Shown here piece by piece: positions 1-11,668 of a DNA stretch of 64,000 nucleotides. Origin of the DNA: Felis catus (taxonomy: Eukaryota). A program made the position numbers and the translations under genes. Within the stretch, counting starts at the first letter, position 1; every line of letters begins with the position of its first letter. Location: positions 109,120,001 to 109,184,000 of the forward strand of contig NC_058377.1 of NCBI RefSeq assembly GCF_018350175.1, read 5' to 3'. Under the pieces are notes generated by a model, which saw only the letters and a list, made by a program, of their open reading frames with translations, had not been told where the DNA came from and made no database searches.

Positions 1-3000
1 TGGGGCCCAGGAAGAAGAGGTATCTGTTGCCCAGGCCTGGGGGGAAAGGGATTCTGACAGCTGGTGGGAGGTTGGGGGGTGGAGCCCACCCTGGAGAGAG
101 ACTGGGTGTGCCTGTGTGTGTACCTGGGTGTCTGTACGTGGCGTGGCCATGTGCGCGTGAGTGCGTGTGCTGGCGTGGGGCTGGCGTTGCTGAGGGTATC
201 CACAGCCGGGTGATGCGCGCGTGTGTCCCCACAGGCCCCCACCTGTGAGGGGAGAAACATCGTCCACCCTGGGCACAGCTAGGCCCCCGGTCCCTCTCCT
301 AGCAGATGCCTGACCTGAACCTCTGGCCACATCTGCCCCGAGGAAGGGAGTCCTGGAGCCCACCTCAGAGCTAGAAGGGCCCGGCTGTTCTCAGTGTCCT
401 GACAGCTCAGAGAGGGACAAGGCTTGCCCCAGGTCACAGGGCGGAGGCAGAGCAGGGACTGTACCCGAGTCTGGGGACCCCAGGAGGGGACGGCTGCTCT
501 CCTGGCCCTCGCTGATCCTGTCCTTCCTCTGTTGTGCCCCTTGGCTGTGAGGCTCCGTGGAGATCCTGGCCCTGGCCTGGCTGCGGCTTCCTCGTCCACG
601 GCTGGGCGGGGTAACTGTGGGTGAGGATTCTGTGGCCCCTGAGGCATCTGGCAGAGGCCTGTTCCCTAGAATGACCAACCAGTCCCGGGACTGAGGACTG
701 AGGACTCTCCCGCACTGCAGGTCCTAGATGCTGGGGACCCCCTTAGCCCCGGGGCCAACAAGGATCGCTAATCACCCTCTCACCAGAGATGTTTTTCCAC
801 CACGTCCTTCCCACTGCTACCTCAGTGTCAGCCTCCCCGTCTCCACCCTCACCCTGGAACTTTCCCTTGTCTTCCTGCCCCCTCACTGCCCCAGGGATCT
901 TTCGTCTCACTGTCCCTCCCACTCTTTCTGTTCTCTTTCCTCTCTGTGTCAGGAATCTCCAGCAGCTCCTGTCACTCTCTGGGGTCTCTCTGTCTCTTCT
1001 GTCCTCAGATGGTCACCTTGTTGGTTTCTGTTCTCTGTCCACTTCCCTATCTTCCCTCTCCGTCTCTGGTGTCTCGCCCCGTCTCCCCACTCCTGTTCCG
1101 GCGTCTCTGGCTCGTCACCTTCCCTGGGTGGTCCAGGCTCCCCTCCCCTCCCCCACCCAGCAAGCACCCCCAGGGCCAGCTGGGGTGGAAGCCAGGTCTG
1201 GGGGCTGTGACCAGGCCGGGAAGGGGAACCCAAGCAGACATGATATTTATGTTAGGACTTCAAAGTGGAGCAGAGCCCGAGGCAGGCTTGGTGGGGGCTG
1301 GCGGGGGTAGGAGAGGGGAGGAGGATTGTGAGCAAATGCCAGATTAAGGTCAGCTCAGGCCCCTCCCTGGCGAGGGTCTCCTTGGTGACGCATATCTCCC
1401 CCCGTGGGACACTGAGACCCAGAGTAGGGACAGAACAGACTATTTTGGTGCAGACTTCCAAGAAAGGCACTTCCTGTACCCCTGTCCTGCCTCCAGCCCC
1501 ATCCTGTCTTCCGGTCACCCTGCAGGAGCAGCTGGGTCCTCTGAGCACCGGCCCAGCCAGGGAGGCAGGGGGCTCAGAAGGTGGCAGGAGCAGAGAGTTG
1601 CATCTCGGCACAAAAACGTCCCTGGCGCTGGGACAGCCCTGTGTTCTCCGCTCTCTGGCAGAGGCCTCGCCTGGCAGGGCAGTGAGGGTCTGTAACCCTG
1701 TCGGCCCGGACTATGCCAGTCGGGTCGGTCCCCTCGGGGCCTCTGGGGTCCACTCCGGCTGCCTGCCTGAGGGCCCCAGGGGCCAAGATGGCCGCGAAGG
1801 TCACCCCACCCCTGCCCCCCACCCTCGGCCTAACCTCTGCTAAAGACACCCAGCTGCTGGGGCTGGGAAGGCCTGGGGTCAGGGGCCCAGGCCCCGGGTG
1901 GGGAGGACGGGAGGGGCCGATTGTCTCATCCTGCGGCTCAGCTCTGTGTCCTAAGCCCCTCCCAGGGGCCAGACCCAACAGACACCCCTTCAGGCTGGGC
2001 CACCCCTCAGGAAGCCCCCTCCCAGACTAGGGGCTAGCTCTGGACCCAAGACCTTTTAGCTGAAGCCCACCCAGGCCCCCAAAGCCCCAGCCCCTGGGTC
2101 ATCACCCCCACCCTCTCAGATCCTCCCCAGGCGCTTCCCGTGAATCACTCAGGCTGGAATCTGATGAGCTCAGACCTCCCCGCCCAGCACTGCCGGCCTC
2201 TGCCTCCTGCCTGGCCAGTGGGGTTGCCACGCCCCCCCCCGGGGGTCTTCTCAGCATCTCACAGCCCCCACCAGGGTCCACCGTGGGCTGGAATGGCTGA
2301 GTGGTGGCAGAGGTAGGCCAGGGCTGGAGTGAGATTAGTCAGGGAAGGGCTTGGACTTCTGCATGATCAGAAGTATAAAAGCATGTGTGCGTGCCATGCG
2401 CAGTGTCAGGGCAGGGGACTGGGCTGTGGCCGCTGCAGTGCTACGTGGGTAGGTGTCTGTCGTGGAGTCCCTGCGTACCAGTCATCACACGTCTCTGGGT
2501 CAGCCTGTCCCCGTGTATGTTTGTCACGGGGTCACGTTCTGACCCTGAGAGGGAGAGCGCTGAGGGGAGGTCTCTGAGTTTGCACATCTAGCGATGTCTG
2601 TGTCGGGGTGTGGCTCGGAGGAGGGGTCTGTGTGTGTCACTGTGTCCCATCCCGCTGGGAACGAATGCCTAACAGTCTCCAGGTGTTCCTAACACTCCGA
2701 GTGTTCCTGTTAAGGCTGGCGGGGGGGGGGGGGGGGCTCTGGTGTTACGTGACCGTGGCACACAGGATGTCACACGTTCTGAGCACAGATGTGAGTCACG
2801 ATGTTTCTGTGTGTCAAACTGGGGGAGGGGTGAACACGGGTCACAAGATCATGGCAGGGTGTCAAATGCTCTGCGTTGAAGGTGAGGGAGGGTGGCGGCA
2901 GGGGTCTCAGTGACTGCCTTTCTCCGCCCGCCCCCGGGCCCCCACTCCACAGGGCCTGGCTCCTGGCTCCCCTCCCACCAACCTCTGTTGGCAGGACTCC

Positions 3001-3152
3001 CATTCCCAGGACGGTGCCAGAGCCCCCCCTACTCCCCCCGTGGGGATGCTTCCCCCCTGGCACCTGGCAGAGTGCAGGCCCTCCGAGTGCAGCGGTTCCC
3101 CGGGTGGCCTCCCGCCAGAAGGGGGCCAGGCGTGTGCCTGGGAACGGGCCTG

Positions 3153-3171
3153 CTCGCCCCCTGGCGGCAGT
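3153..3171 (-). promoter_or_regulatory. CTCF motif
   Basis: Reverse complement CTGCCGCCAGGGGGCGAG matches the CTCF core CCRCYAGRKGGCR. Confidence 0.6.
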
Positions 3172-4392
3172 GGTGGAGAACGCGCCGCCCCGGCCCCAGG
3201 AGCTCCGGCCAACTGTCAGGCTGAGTCTTCCCGAATCATTCTACATGTATCCACTAAGTGCCACTTCCGGGCCAGGCATTTGTACCAGCGCCCCGAGATT
3301 TAGAGGGGAACAAGGCCGACCTGGCTCTGGCCTAGTGAGGAAGACCGACAATAAACACACAAAGAGCGCTGCAGTGACTCTCGGGGTGACAAGAGCAACA
3401 TTTCCAAGTGAGGAAGTGACTTAGCTGCTCCTTGGGAGCCGAATGTCTGGCCCTGCTCTGCAGCAGTGGGTGCCGGGCAAGGTGTGGCACCTCTCGGGTG
3501 ACTTCCTTTTCCAGAAGGCCAAAGGTGGGAGGCAGGGATGAGGCAGGGGCGAGGCTGAATCCCAGCACACAGCCTGCTGTTATTGCCAGATCACATTGTT
3601 TCCCTCTGGCCGGGCCTGGCGGTGCTCCGATGAGCCACTGCTAGGGGTGTTACTGAATTTCCAGAGCCAGGAATTGAGATTGAGCACAGAAGGGATTAGG
3701 ACGGGCTTGCAGGGGCTCAGAAGCCTCTGCCGGTCCTAGTTCCCGTGAGACGAGCTCCACATCCGGCCCTGGGGTTCTCTGAGCACCCCTGGCAACTGTT
3801 CTAGGTCTTCCTCTGGAACTGAATTTGAGACATCCTGTGTTTGGTTCCCAGAACCCGGCCCTCCCTTAACCTCCCGGCTTCCCATTTATTGAGTGCCTCT
3901 GTGGTGCCCAGCCCTGTTCGAGGCACTGGGGGTGGGCTTGGGACAGGGAGAGAGGGCGTACAAAAGAGGGAGACTCCCAACCAGCAAGAAGCTTGGAGCG
4001 GGGGTCGGGGGTGGAGAGGGTAGAGTGAGAAATTTGGGAGCCCTGCACCCAGATCTGGTGGCGTCTGTATCTGGATTGTCCGAAATCCCAGTGTCCAAGA
4101 TTTCTACCTCCAGCTGTCATGACTGACACACGTGGTGGTCTGATGTCCCTTCGTGTTCAGCGCCTGAGGCAGTGCCCCCAGAGACTGGCTGGGGTCCTCC
4201 TTCCAGCAGGGGACAGTTCCTTCCCAGGGAGTGATCCCTATGAAGTTTGTCTCACCCAGATCCCGGACTCCGAGGGAGCCTGCGCTGACTGCCCCTGCAT
4301 TGTCCCCAGGTTGCCCGGAGCCTGCAAGGGTATGCAGCCCTTGAGACGTCCTCACCCCTCTAAATTACCCCCTCTGCCACTTCCTGGGCCAC

Positions 4393-4410
4393 ACGCACCC
4401 CCTGGTGGTC
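4393..4410 (-). promoter_or_regulatory. CTCF motif
   Basis: Reverse complement GACCACCAGGGGGTGCGT. Confidence 0.55.
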
Positions 4411-5199
4411 GTTACTGGCATTGTCTTTGCTCGGATTTGCTCCCTGCTCTGGAACCCCCTTGGGGCTGTGGGGCCTTTAGGGTTAATTTATCGGTGTTTT
4501 ACAATCGAGGGCGTAGTTGGAGCCGGACACCCTGGTTTGGCTGCTGTGCCATATCTTAGGAGTCATTTTCCCAAGCCTCCCTGTGGGATAAGTCATGCCC
4601 AGCCTCCCGGGAAATCTCTTGTGAGGTCCAAAAGAGTTAAGTGCGGAGAAAATGGTTTCCGAGCACCCCCCGCCCCCACCGCCTCCATTTCAGAAGCCCA
4701 CTTCCCCTGTCCAATACCCCTGGGATGCAAGGGCACTGGCAGGATCTCCCATCTTGAGGAAAGACTGGGGCCTGGGTGCTCTCTGGGCAGGGCCTGATCT
4801 CCAGGATCTCCCCCACGCTGGCGAGAACCTTCAGTGAATGCAGACAACAGACCCTTGGAGGGGGTCCTGCTAACATCCCACCTCCCTCCCTCCCCTTGCC
4901 TCCAGTCTGAGCTCTGCTTTGGAGCAAAACCGTCCACTTGACCCCCGCAGGACTTCGGCGAGAAGGCAGGGCAGCAATGGCACCTCCACTCTGCAGGTGA
5001 GGACACTGAAGCTGGGAGCTGCCGGCCCTCTAGGCAGGCTAGGGCTGGACTGGGCCCCCCGGAGGAGGTGAAGCCTTTCAGGGCCTTGAAGCCCCCAGCC
5101 TGGAAGGGCTGCCTGCGTAGTGCCCCATTCCTTTGCCAGAGGTCGGGCACACTGACCACTACAGGCTGGCTGACCTCCGGCGGGGAGACCCCCCTCCGC

Positions 5200-5205
5200 T
5201 TTATT
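5200..5205 (-). terminator. RIN1 polyadenylation signal AATAAA
   Basis: tttatt on + strand, about 220 nt past the stop codon. Confidence 0.65.
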
Positions 5206-5422
5206 CCGGTGCTCTGGGGCTACAGCTGCAGCCAGTCTGGGGACCACCCCAGCAGGTGTGATCACAGAGACAAATATCAGACAGAGCTGGTGGCGGACAC
5301 GGGAGCGGCCCGGGGTGGGGCTGATGGCGGCTAAGAGGGGTGGGGCTGATGGCTGGCTCTGAAAGGCCTTCCCAGCAAGCTCAGGGTTTTCTGTCCCAAA
5401 TGGCCCTTCTGGCCGCTCCCGG

Positions 5423-5917
5423 CTACTCCTCTGCTGCTCTGCTTCCCTCAGCCTCTGGTCCCCCCGGTGGGGCAGGGCCCCCCCTGGCCTGGCCCACGCT
5501 TCCCTGCACCCTCTCGGCAGTTGTCTCAGACTCTCCCCTGCTGTCCCCAGGACCGGCCTTGACCTCGATGATCCCATCTCCCCGGCCCCCTTCCTCCTCC
5601 TCCCTGCCCCCTGCCTCCAGCTCCCCACTGTCCCTCTCTGTTGTAGCCCCAGGTGCGGCCCCATGGGTGTCGGGCCGCTCGGCCTTGCGATAGACGAGGT
5701 AGCCGGTTGTGGGAAGCCTGTGGACCAGGGCTCCAGGAGACAAGCGGTGGTAGCCCTGTTCCCTGTACAGGAAGAGGCCGAATGTGTCAGGCTGGGTCAC
5801 TCGGAACTTCGTGGCACAGAGCTGGTTCAGGGTGGCAACTGAGGCCCCTGGGGGCACAGCCAGGGTCTTGGAGGTACAGCCACTGCTGGGGTCCTGATAG
5901 GCCACTCGGAGGAGGTG
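5423..5917 (-). CDS. RIN1: RIN1 exon 10 (last coding)
   Basis: HLLRVAYQDPSSG...GSRAAEE*, RA domain. Confidence 0.95.
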   Translation of the reverse strand, partial: HLLRVAYQDPSSGCTSKTLAVPPGASVATLNQLCATKFRVTQPDTFGLFLYREQGYHRLSPGALVHRLPTTGYLVYRKAERPDTHGAAPGATTERDSGELEAGGREEEEGGRGDGIIEVKAGPGDSRGESETTAERVQGSVGQARGGPAPPGGPEAEGSRAAEE

Positions 5918-8900
5918 CTGTGCAGGAGGAGAAGCGAAAACGAGAGCTCAATCCTGCCTGGTATATATCTGCCCACAGAGCTTGAGGCCCCCAGTGCAGA
6001 CTCCGCACTGGGTGGTATAGATCCAGCGGTAGAACCAAGTGACAGAAGCTTTTTGGACAAGGTGAGCTTCAAGCAGGGCTCTGAGGAAGGGAGAGAGCTG
6101 TGTTGGCTAGTGGGTCATAGCTGCGGGCAGGCCGGGAGGATGGCTCCCGCACGCCCCTGCAGGGAGCCTAACAACCATACTACTCGGTGCCCTCAGCACC
6201 CGTCCTGCATGAACTCATTTAAGTCTGACATCCACCCCACGAGGTAAGTACCATGACCTCATTTTATAAAGAAATCGAGGCACAAAGGGGTGACATAACT
6301 TGCCCACGCTCCTGCAAACAGAAAGTAGCAGAGCCCGCCCGGACTTGAACCCAGGATCTGGCTACAACGTCTACACTCTTAACCAAGGCTAGGAAGGATC
6401 CCTTGACTGGATGGAGGGGAAGGTGAGGGGAGCATGGGCGGGGAGGCTGACTCCAGGGAAGGCCAGAGCCCCATGTGGGGGCTGGAAGCCAGGATTTGGG
6501 GCTTGAATTTGCCACCCGTGTCCCTTTCCCTCCCCGTGTCTTGTCTGTTTCCTTATCTGTAGAATGGAGAGAGTAATGGTCCTAATAATAGAAACTTCAG
6601 AGTTTCTATGAAGCTGTGGGGCTGAGCCCCTAGAGCACGGAGCACGGTGCCGGCACATGGAATGCACCCTGTCTAGAAAGGCTAGGCTTTGACATTGGGT
6701 CCACACAGGGTGCTGTTTCTCCGGCACGGTGATGTAGGACCAGAATTTCCCCTGCTGGGTCTCACTGGGAAAAGGAGGGGACTGCGCAGGAAGGTGCCAG
6801 GACCAACAGGCACCCCTGCCCCGCCCCTACCCCCCACCCCCCACCCCCTGGGGGCTTGGCGGTGGGGGGGGGGGTGGGCAACGTGGAGGCCCTGTTACCT
6901 GGAAGCTGTGAGTGGCAGGCAGGCGGCGCTGCTCCCAGAGGCTGAGGGAACGTTGTAGCTCCTGGGAGGGGCTCAGGGGGAGCATGTGGGCCTGGTCCAG
7001 GCCACTCAGCAGGGCCAGGCTGGCCGAGAGGCTGGTCAGGTAGTAACCACCTGGGACACGAGGGGAAGAATGTAGCTCAGGCTGAGGGTGGGTGACCCTT
7101 CCCCGGCCCCCACCACCTACTCGGGGGCCCCTAAGGCACCCCGGCCCCCCACAGGCAGGCAGGCGGCCCGAGAGGAGGGGCTCCCTCACCCTCTCCGGTG
7201 AGCAGGGTGGGCTCCAGAAGCTCTGACATGTACTCAGCCTCCAGCAGCAGCTCCGGAAGGTCGCACTGGGCCAGGACGAGGCTCAGCAGCGGGAGGAACG
7301 CGTCTGCCCCTGCCCCCTCCCCTGTGGGGTGGTAGAGGAGGAAGCTTCAGACTCCTCTGGGGTCCCAGGGTCGGTATCCACGCCTTGCCTCATACGGTGA
7401 CCCTCCCCTCCACCCGCCGGGCCTTGGGTGATGTGGTCTCTATGGCAACCACCGAGAGGGGCTGTGGAGAGGAGGCTCTACTCTCTGGGCCTCAGTGGCA
7501 CCATCTGTGAGATGGGAGTGTTGGACCCATCCCCCCACCTGGGCTGTTCTGGAATTTCTGCGCCACCACCCCTCCCCGCCCCCCCCCCCCACTCGGCAGG
7601 GGGCTGGCAGGGAGTGGTAGGAGGGGGCCTACCGGCCTGGGTCCTCAGGGCTGTGTAGAGCAGCTTGCAAGCCTGCAGGAGCCGCTTGACCTGGGCACTG
7701 GGCGAGTAGGCACGGAGCAGCTGCAGCAGCTTCTGACGCACCTGCTCCATCTCTCCCGGGGAGGGCAGGCTCAGGTGGGACCCAAAGGCTCCGGGGCCCT
7801 GGGACCGAGCCAGGCGGAGGCCCTCAGCCAGGCGGCCCAGGGAGCCGTCCGCAGAAAGCCGGCGCCGCAGGCGGGCCGCCAGGATGGGCCTGAGAGGCTT
7901 GAGCACGGAGCGATGCAGAGACTTCTCCAAGATGTGTTCTGCGGGGGAGAGGCGGCCAGGGTCAGGGGAACGAGGGTGCGAGTGGGAGCCAGAGTCCCAG
8001 GGCGGAGGTGGGGGGGAGGGGGGTGTAGTCGGGGAGGAAGAGAGGTGAAAGGGAGGGGGAGACCTGGGGAGGTGGGAGAATAGCAGGGGAGAGGCGGGGA
8101 ATGGGTAGCGCTGGAATGGAGAGGTGGGCCGAGCCTGTGAAGCCTGGGCCGGAGTCTCACCCAGTCTCTCAGGTGGCAGCAGCTTCTCAGGGCCCAGCTC
8201 CGCGCTCAGCATGGCCCGAGCCCGGCTCAGTGCCTCTCGGACACCCTGCAGCTCCCGGGGCTCGGGGCCGGCCCGCACCTGGGTCAGCAGGTCCTGCACC
8301 AGCTGGCCGACGGCCGTGTGTCGGTCCTCCACCAGCGCCGTGGCTGCCCGGCCCACCTGCCGCTCCGGGGCCAGCAGGGAGCAGAAGGCAGAGCTCATGG
8401 ACCGAAGCAGCGGCCGCCGGCGGCGGCCCAGGCGGGGTGAGGTGGCTGGGCTTCCCCGGGACCCTGGCGCCCCCTCTTCTTCTGAGCTGCTGGGGGAGCC
8501 ACAGTCTACCTCCTGGAGGGAGGGCAGGGGTGGGAGGCTGGGGCTGGCACTCCCTGGCACACGGTACCCCACAGAGCTCTCCCTCCGCAGAAGTTGGTGA
8601 GGGGGTAACCTTTCCGTCTGGTTGGGGGCTGCCCCCGGCAGCACGGGGACCGGGGGAGGTGGCATGGCAGGTGGAGACAGAGGGCTGGAGGTCTCCGTGG
8701 ACACGCGTACTTTGAAGCTCCTCTTGAATTTCTCCCGCTTGGTGGGGCCCAGGTCCCCTGGGAACAGGGGATTGAAGAAGCACAGGGCGGCTCCTGTGCC
8801 CTGGTCCAGCTCTTGCGGGGACCGGGGCTTCAGCCGGGGCAGCAGCGGGCCTTCAGACAGGCCCGGCTGAGCCTTGGTATTGAGGGAGGAGCTCCAGAAC

Positions 8901-10079
8901 TCTAGGGAAGAGAAAGCATCTGGGGGTCTCAGGGAGGCTTGGGGAGGGTGCCCGACCGAGGGAAAGGCACAGGCTCAGGCTGTGTGCCCATGTGCCTTCT
9001 CTTTCCCCCTTGGCCTCAGCTTGTCCATCTGTGCAATGGGTAGCAGAGGACCCCTTACCGATGCCCAGATGGGAGATGGCTTCCAGTTCCTTGTGGGTGG
9101 CTGCCTGGCAGATGGCTCTGGGGAGCTGGAGTGGGAGGAGAAGGATGTCCCTGAGGCCAGAGAGGGAAACAGAAAGCCAGGGGTGAGGGATGTTCAGGGC
9201 TCTGGGGGCTAGCAGGACCTGGAGGGGCTGGGAGGACAGGATGTCCCAGGGAGCAGGGACCAACGCAGACCAGGCGCCCTGCGGCCAGGCTCACCGGGTA
9301 TGGCAGTAGGCACAGATGAGCTGGACCAGGTCTGGGAACGTGAGCTCTGAGCCCTCCAAGGAGACGCCTGAGAGACGGACGGGAAGTGTGGTTGTTTTCT
9401 GGGGAACACCCCCGTGCCCTGCCCTGACTGCTTCCAGCCCCTACCCCCCAGGCCAGTCCCGCTCACCCCCAGGGCTCTCCTGGATGTAGTGGCTAGAGAC
9501 AAACGAAGGGCCGCTGGCCTCGGGCAGCCTCACGCACAGGGCCTGGCACCCACGAGTGTTAGATTTCCGCACCAGGAACGTCTGCAAGGGACAGGGGTCG
9601 GGGGCTCGGGACCTCCGTGTCCAGCCCCTCTCCCCGCCACCCTCCGCTGGCCAGGCCTGGGGTCAGGGGCCAGACTCACCCCCGGGGGCTCAGTCCTCAG
9701 CACGTGCAGTGCAGCCGCCGCGTTGGCCCGGAGCTGCAGCCACACGGGCCGTGTGCGCAGCAAGCGCTCCCGCAGGCTCACGGTGCGCCCGGGCCGCTGG
9801 GGCCCACCCGCCGGCCCCCCGCTGGCCCCAGGCACGTCGTAGAGCGGGTCCTGGGCTGGCCTAGGAGTGGTCACCAGATTGGAGCAGGGGTCCGGGGGGT
9901 GGGACCCTTGCCCGACCCTTTCCTCCTTCTCTGCCCTGGGACAGACTGCCGTCCCTCCCTGCCCCACCGGCCTGCCCTTCCAACTTCACTAACTTTTCTC
10001 TCTCCGGGTGCCCAGGTGCGAAGTTGGACAGGCTGGGGGCTCCGAGAGGGCCTGCTTCTGGCTCCCCAGGGGTTTCCAT
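5423..10079 (-). CDS. RIN1: Ras and Rab interactor 1 (SH2, VPS9 Rab5-GEF and RA domains), whole spliced CDS, 790 aa
   Basis: Coding exons 9994-10079, 9680-9860, 9467-9581, 9295-9367, 9059-9150, 8161-8901, 7633-7938, 7190-7321, 6899-7050, 5423-5917. All introns are GT-AG and the total is 2373 nt in frame. Peptides DPLYDVP, SLRERLLRTRPVWLQL, RSMSSAF, GADAFLPLL and GYYLTSLSASL match RIN1. Confidence 0.97.
6180..6390 (-). mobile_element. MIR in RIN1 intron 9
   Basis: ctcattttataaagaaatcgaggcacaaagggg...ggacttgaacccaggatctgg. Confidence 0.7.
6899..7050 (-). CDS. RIN1: RIN1 exon 9
   Basis: GYYLTSLSASL...THSFQ. Confidence 0.95.
7190..7321 (-). CDS. RIN1: RIN1 exon 8
   Basis: EGAGADAFLPLLSLVL...LLTGE (VPS9). 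Confidence 0.95.
7633..7938 (-). CDS. RIN1: RIN1 exon 7
   Basis: HILEKSLH...ALRTQA. Confidence 0.95.
8161..8901 (-). CDS. RIN1: RIN1 exon 6
   Basis: FWSSSLN...EKLLPPERL, proline-rich region and RSMS 14-3-3 motif. Confidence 0.95.
9059..9150 (-). CDS. RIN1: RIN1 exon 5
   Basis: DILLLPLQLPRAI...SHLGI. Confidence 0.95.
9295..9367 (-). CDS. RIN1: RIN1 exon 4
   Basis: VSLEGSELTFPDLVQLICAYCHT. Confidence 0.95.
9467..9581 (-). CDS. RIN1: RIN1 exon 3
   Basis: TFLVRKSNTR...ESPG (SH2). Confidence 0.95.
9680..9860 (-). CDS. RIN1: RIN1 exon 2
   Basis: PAQDPLYDVP...TEPPG, AG/GT flanks. Confidence 0.95.
9994..10079 (-). CDS. RIN1: RIN1 coding exon 1
   Basis: ATG at 10079, METPGEPEAG...EREK, donor GTTAGT. 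Confidence 0.92.
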
Positions 10080-10099
10080 GGCTGGGAGCTCCTTCGGTT

Positions 10100-10650
10100 T
10101 CTCCCGGTTTCTCCCAGGACTCAGGAAGAGAATCCAGCCCCCAAGGCAACAGCGCGCTCACATTCCCGGTGGTGAGTAACACTTCCTGAGGGCGGTTCGC
10201 CCTGTCACGCCCCGCCAGTTAACTCTTGTGTGTCCACTCAGCCTGGGCAGTGCCCACTTCCTCTTTGTTCTGGGCCCAGCCTAAGGGGGCAGGCATCCCC
10301 CTCCGTAGAAGTGCCACCCCAGGAGCCCCAGCTGCGGGGCCACCACCCCCGCACAGTGCATGCTGAAGCCTTACCAGCCTCCCCAAACCACACAGGCAGG
10401 CGGGAAGGGGTTAAGCTGGGCCCTTCTGGGTCCCCACAGGCCCAAGTCTTGCCCTTGGGGCACCTTTAAGTCTGTGGTCAATTGCTCATCTGTGCATGGT
10501 CTTGGGGTCAGCCCTGTGGGAGAGCACCCCCTGCTGGTCACAGATGACTCATCCCCCCCCCCCCCCCCAGCCTAACTTGGGTTTTGGAATATCAGGTTGC
10601 TATGGAGAAAGGATGCTGTGTCTCCATGGAAACTAACCCCTTTGCTTAAC
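10100..10650 (-). promoter_or_regulatory. RIN1 proximal promoter
   Basis: Directly upstream of the ATG. GC/KLF box cacgccccgcc at ~10206, AP-1 TGACTCA at 10545-10551, two X-boxes at 10596-10633. Confidence 0.6.
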
Positions 10651-11137
10651 TGAGGTTCTGGGGGTGGTTCTAACACTCGGCGCTAAATGGTGGGGGGGGG
10701 GGGGGTTTGGTTGTGAGGTCGTCAGCACACGGTGCTGCCAGCTGCCTCCTACGCACACAGGCCCGGCCAGCCTGCCTCACCAATCTGCCAAGTGACTGGG
10801 GCAGGTGCAGGCATGACCCAGTCTCCAAGCACAGAGCACACGGTCCCCTTCTCCACCCCAGAACACGTGGTCTGCCTGTGCCACATGTTGCTTTGGGCTT
10901 TGCTCACGAGCCCCTGGTCATCCAGGGCCCGGTCCCCCACTCCTGGAGGGCATGGTGGGAGAGCCGCCCCCTTACCCTCTCTATACCCCGGCTCAGAGCA
11001 GGTAGGCTCCTGCTGTAGGAAGGAACCAGGGACCTCAGAAGAGACTGCCCGACTCAGGCTCCCCCCATGAGAGCCCTGATTCCCTTGCAAGGCATAAATC
11101 AGACACACATAGGTCATGGCAGAGTCCCAGGAAAGGT

Positions 11138-11143
11138 TTTAAT
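11138..11143 (-). terminator. Probable BRMS1 polyA signal ATTAAA
   Basis: tttaat on + strand, about 520 nt past the stop codon. Confidence 0.5.
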
Positions 11144-11660
11144 TCCAGTCCCTGAAATCTGGGAGACAGATACCAAGAACCTCCTTGAGAAGACTCGGGG
11201 AGCCTTCTCATCTCTAGCGACAGCCAGGAGAGACAGGCCCCCAAAATATAATTCCTGGGTCAGAGATCCCACGAAGTGGGGCCCAGATCACTGGCTCAGT
11301 GACTGGTCCGAGGTCAGCAGAGAGGATGTTGCTTTGGCTTAAGATGAGCCACATCTTCTTTGTCTGGGAGGGCACAGAGGAGGCTGACCTTTGGCAGGGG
11401 AAGGTGGCGGGCTCACTGGGGACGGAGGAGACAGTCTTGCCTGGCTAGGGCGGCTCTGGGCCACAGCTGTGCAGGCCTCCGAGGAGGGCAGAGGAGTCCA
11501 GACCAGTGGTGGCTGGAGAGGAAGGCCCAGCAGCAGCACCAGGGAGCTGTCTGGCTAGACCCTGAGGGGTCTGTCAGTCCGCCTTCCCACAGCAGGAAAA
11601 TGCAAATCCTGGGGTTGCTGCCAGCTGCTCTGAGGGGCCCCTTGGCCCTGAACAGCAGGG

Positions 11661-11668
11661 TCAAGGTC
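11661..11668 (-). CDS. BRMS1: BRMS1 last coding exon (GP*)
   Basis: Acceptor cctcag then GA CCT TGA, which completes 246 aa. Confidence 0.88.

Noticed and set aside
1-5100. Numerous 60-190 aa ORFs, or part of CD248
   Set aside because: No recognisable protein sequence. CD248 coding sequence is not seen in the window.
4870-5664. 264-aa alternative-frame ORF over the RIN1 last exon and 3'UTR
   Set aside because: GC-rich shadow frame with no homology or splice support.
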